A stretch of DNA of 64,000 nt, from the NCBI GenBank assembly GCA_046483735.1, contig JAWOCP010000078.1, positions 2,802 through 66,801 on the forward strand, in the 5' to 3' direction. Under the pieces are notes generated by a model. It made no database searches. It saw only the letters and a program-made list of their open reading frames with translations, and had not been told where the DNA came from. This document shows positions 63,965-64,000 of the stretch, piece after piece. The DNA comes from Dehalococcoidia bacterium. GTDB taxonomy: Bacteria; Chloroflexota; Dehalococcoidia; GIF9; AB-539-J10. Position 1 is the first letter of the stretch; each line of letters starts with the position of its first letter. The position numbers and the translations under genes are program-made.

Positions 63965-64000
63965 ATGTGCTATGAGCTAATATTCTGGCGAGACAGAGCG
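63965..64000 (+). CDS. 5' end of a CDS running off the window (possibly a third member of the LRR-lipoprotein family)
   Basis: AAGGAGG lies a few nt before ATG 63965. The upstream region shares a 17-mer and promoter layout with the region upstream of 59579. Only 12 codons are visible. Confidence 0.25.
   Translation, partial: MCYELIFWRDRA

Overview
This window looks like the chromosome of a strictly anaerobic bacterium that uses selenocysteine. The gene content is reminiscent of Chloroflexota/Dehalococcoidia or Deltaproteobacteria-like anaerobes, but taxonomy cannot be verified without a search. It splits into two parts at a tRNA-Lys gene near 29.9 kb.

Left part (1-29.8 kb), core anaerobic metabolism:
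- A four-tRNA cluster: Val-CAC, Leu-CAG, Arg-GCG, Val-UAC.
- An eight-gene cluster with the gene order and subunit sizes of the Geobacter-type class II (ATP-independent, tungsten) benzoyl-CoA reductase BamBCDEFGHI.
- Two of its genes (the HdrA-like and MvhD-like subunits) are split or truncated in the ORF track. Each carries one in-frame TGA at a conserved Cys/Sec position, followed by a hairpin.
- The HdrD-like subunit has no canonical start codon.
- Downstream: an HdrA N-terminal remnant plus an HdrC-like gene, then beta-oxidation-type genes (3-hydroxyacyl-CoA dehydrogenase, thiolase plus DUF35).
- A second aldehyde:ferredoxin oxidoreductase operon with a polyferredoxin and a MoaD-like protein.
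- An RRM RNA-binding protein, small zinc-ribbon proteins, an unannotated 54-aa desulforedoxin-like ORF, a TGS-GTPase, and an acyl-CoA synthetase.
- A 4-hydroxybutyryl-CoA dehydratase-like gene, SucCD-like genes and an Ldh_2-family dehydrogenase.

Right part (29.9-64 kb), accessory and mosaic:
- Gene remnants: a DUF151 nuclease, an ISL3 transposase and an HTH fragment.
- One intact IS256-family element with inverted repeats.
- A complete type I R-M system (hsdMSR) with three unknown genes trailing it.
- Two large paralogous lipoproteins with B-repeat and LRR regions, one ending in a C-type lectin domain.
- Several orphan PD-(D/E)xK-like nucleases and a possible proteasome-like Ntn hydrolase.
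- Many orphan zinc-ribbon and membrane proteins.

The most unusual signals there are non-coding:
- An iteron-like array of ATCATAG repeats at 32.4 kb.
- A ~1.2 kb gene-free locus (41.4-42.6 kb) packed with ordered short repeats. It includes at least ten CTCCT (AGGAG on the other strand) motifs in about 140 nt.
- An 11-mer, GCTTTGCTGGG, that recurs at the tRNA-Lys border.

All functional calls rest on motifs read by eye from the supplied translations. No database search was possible.
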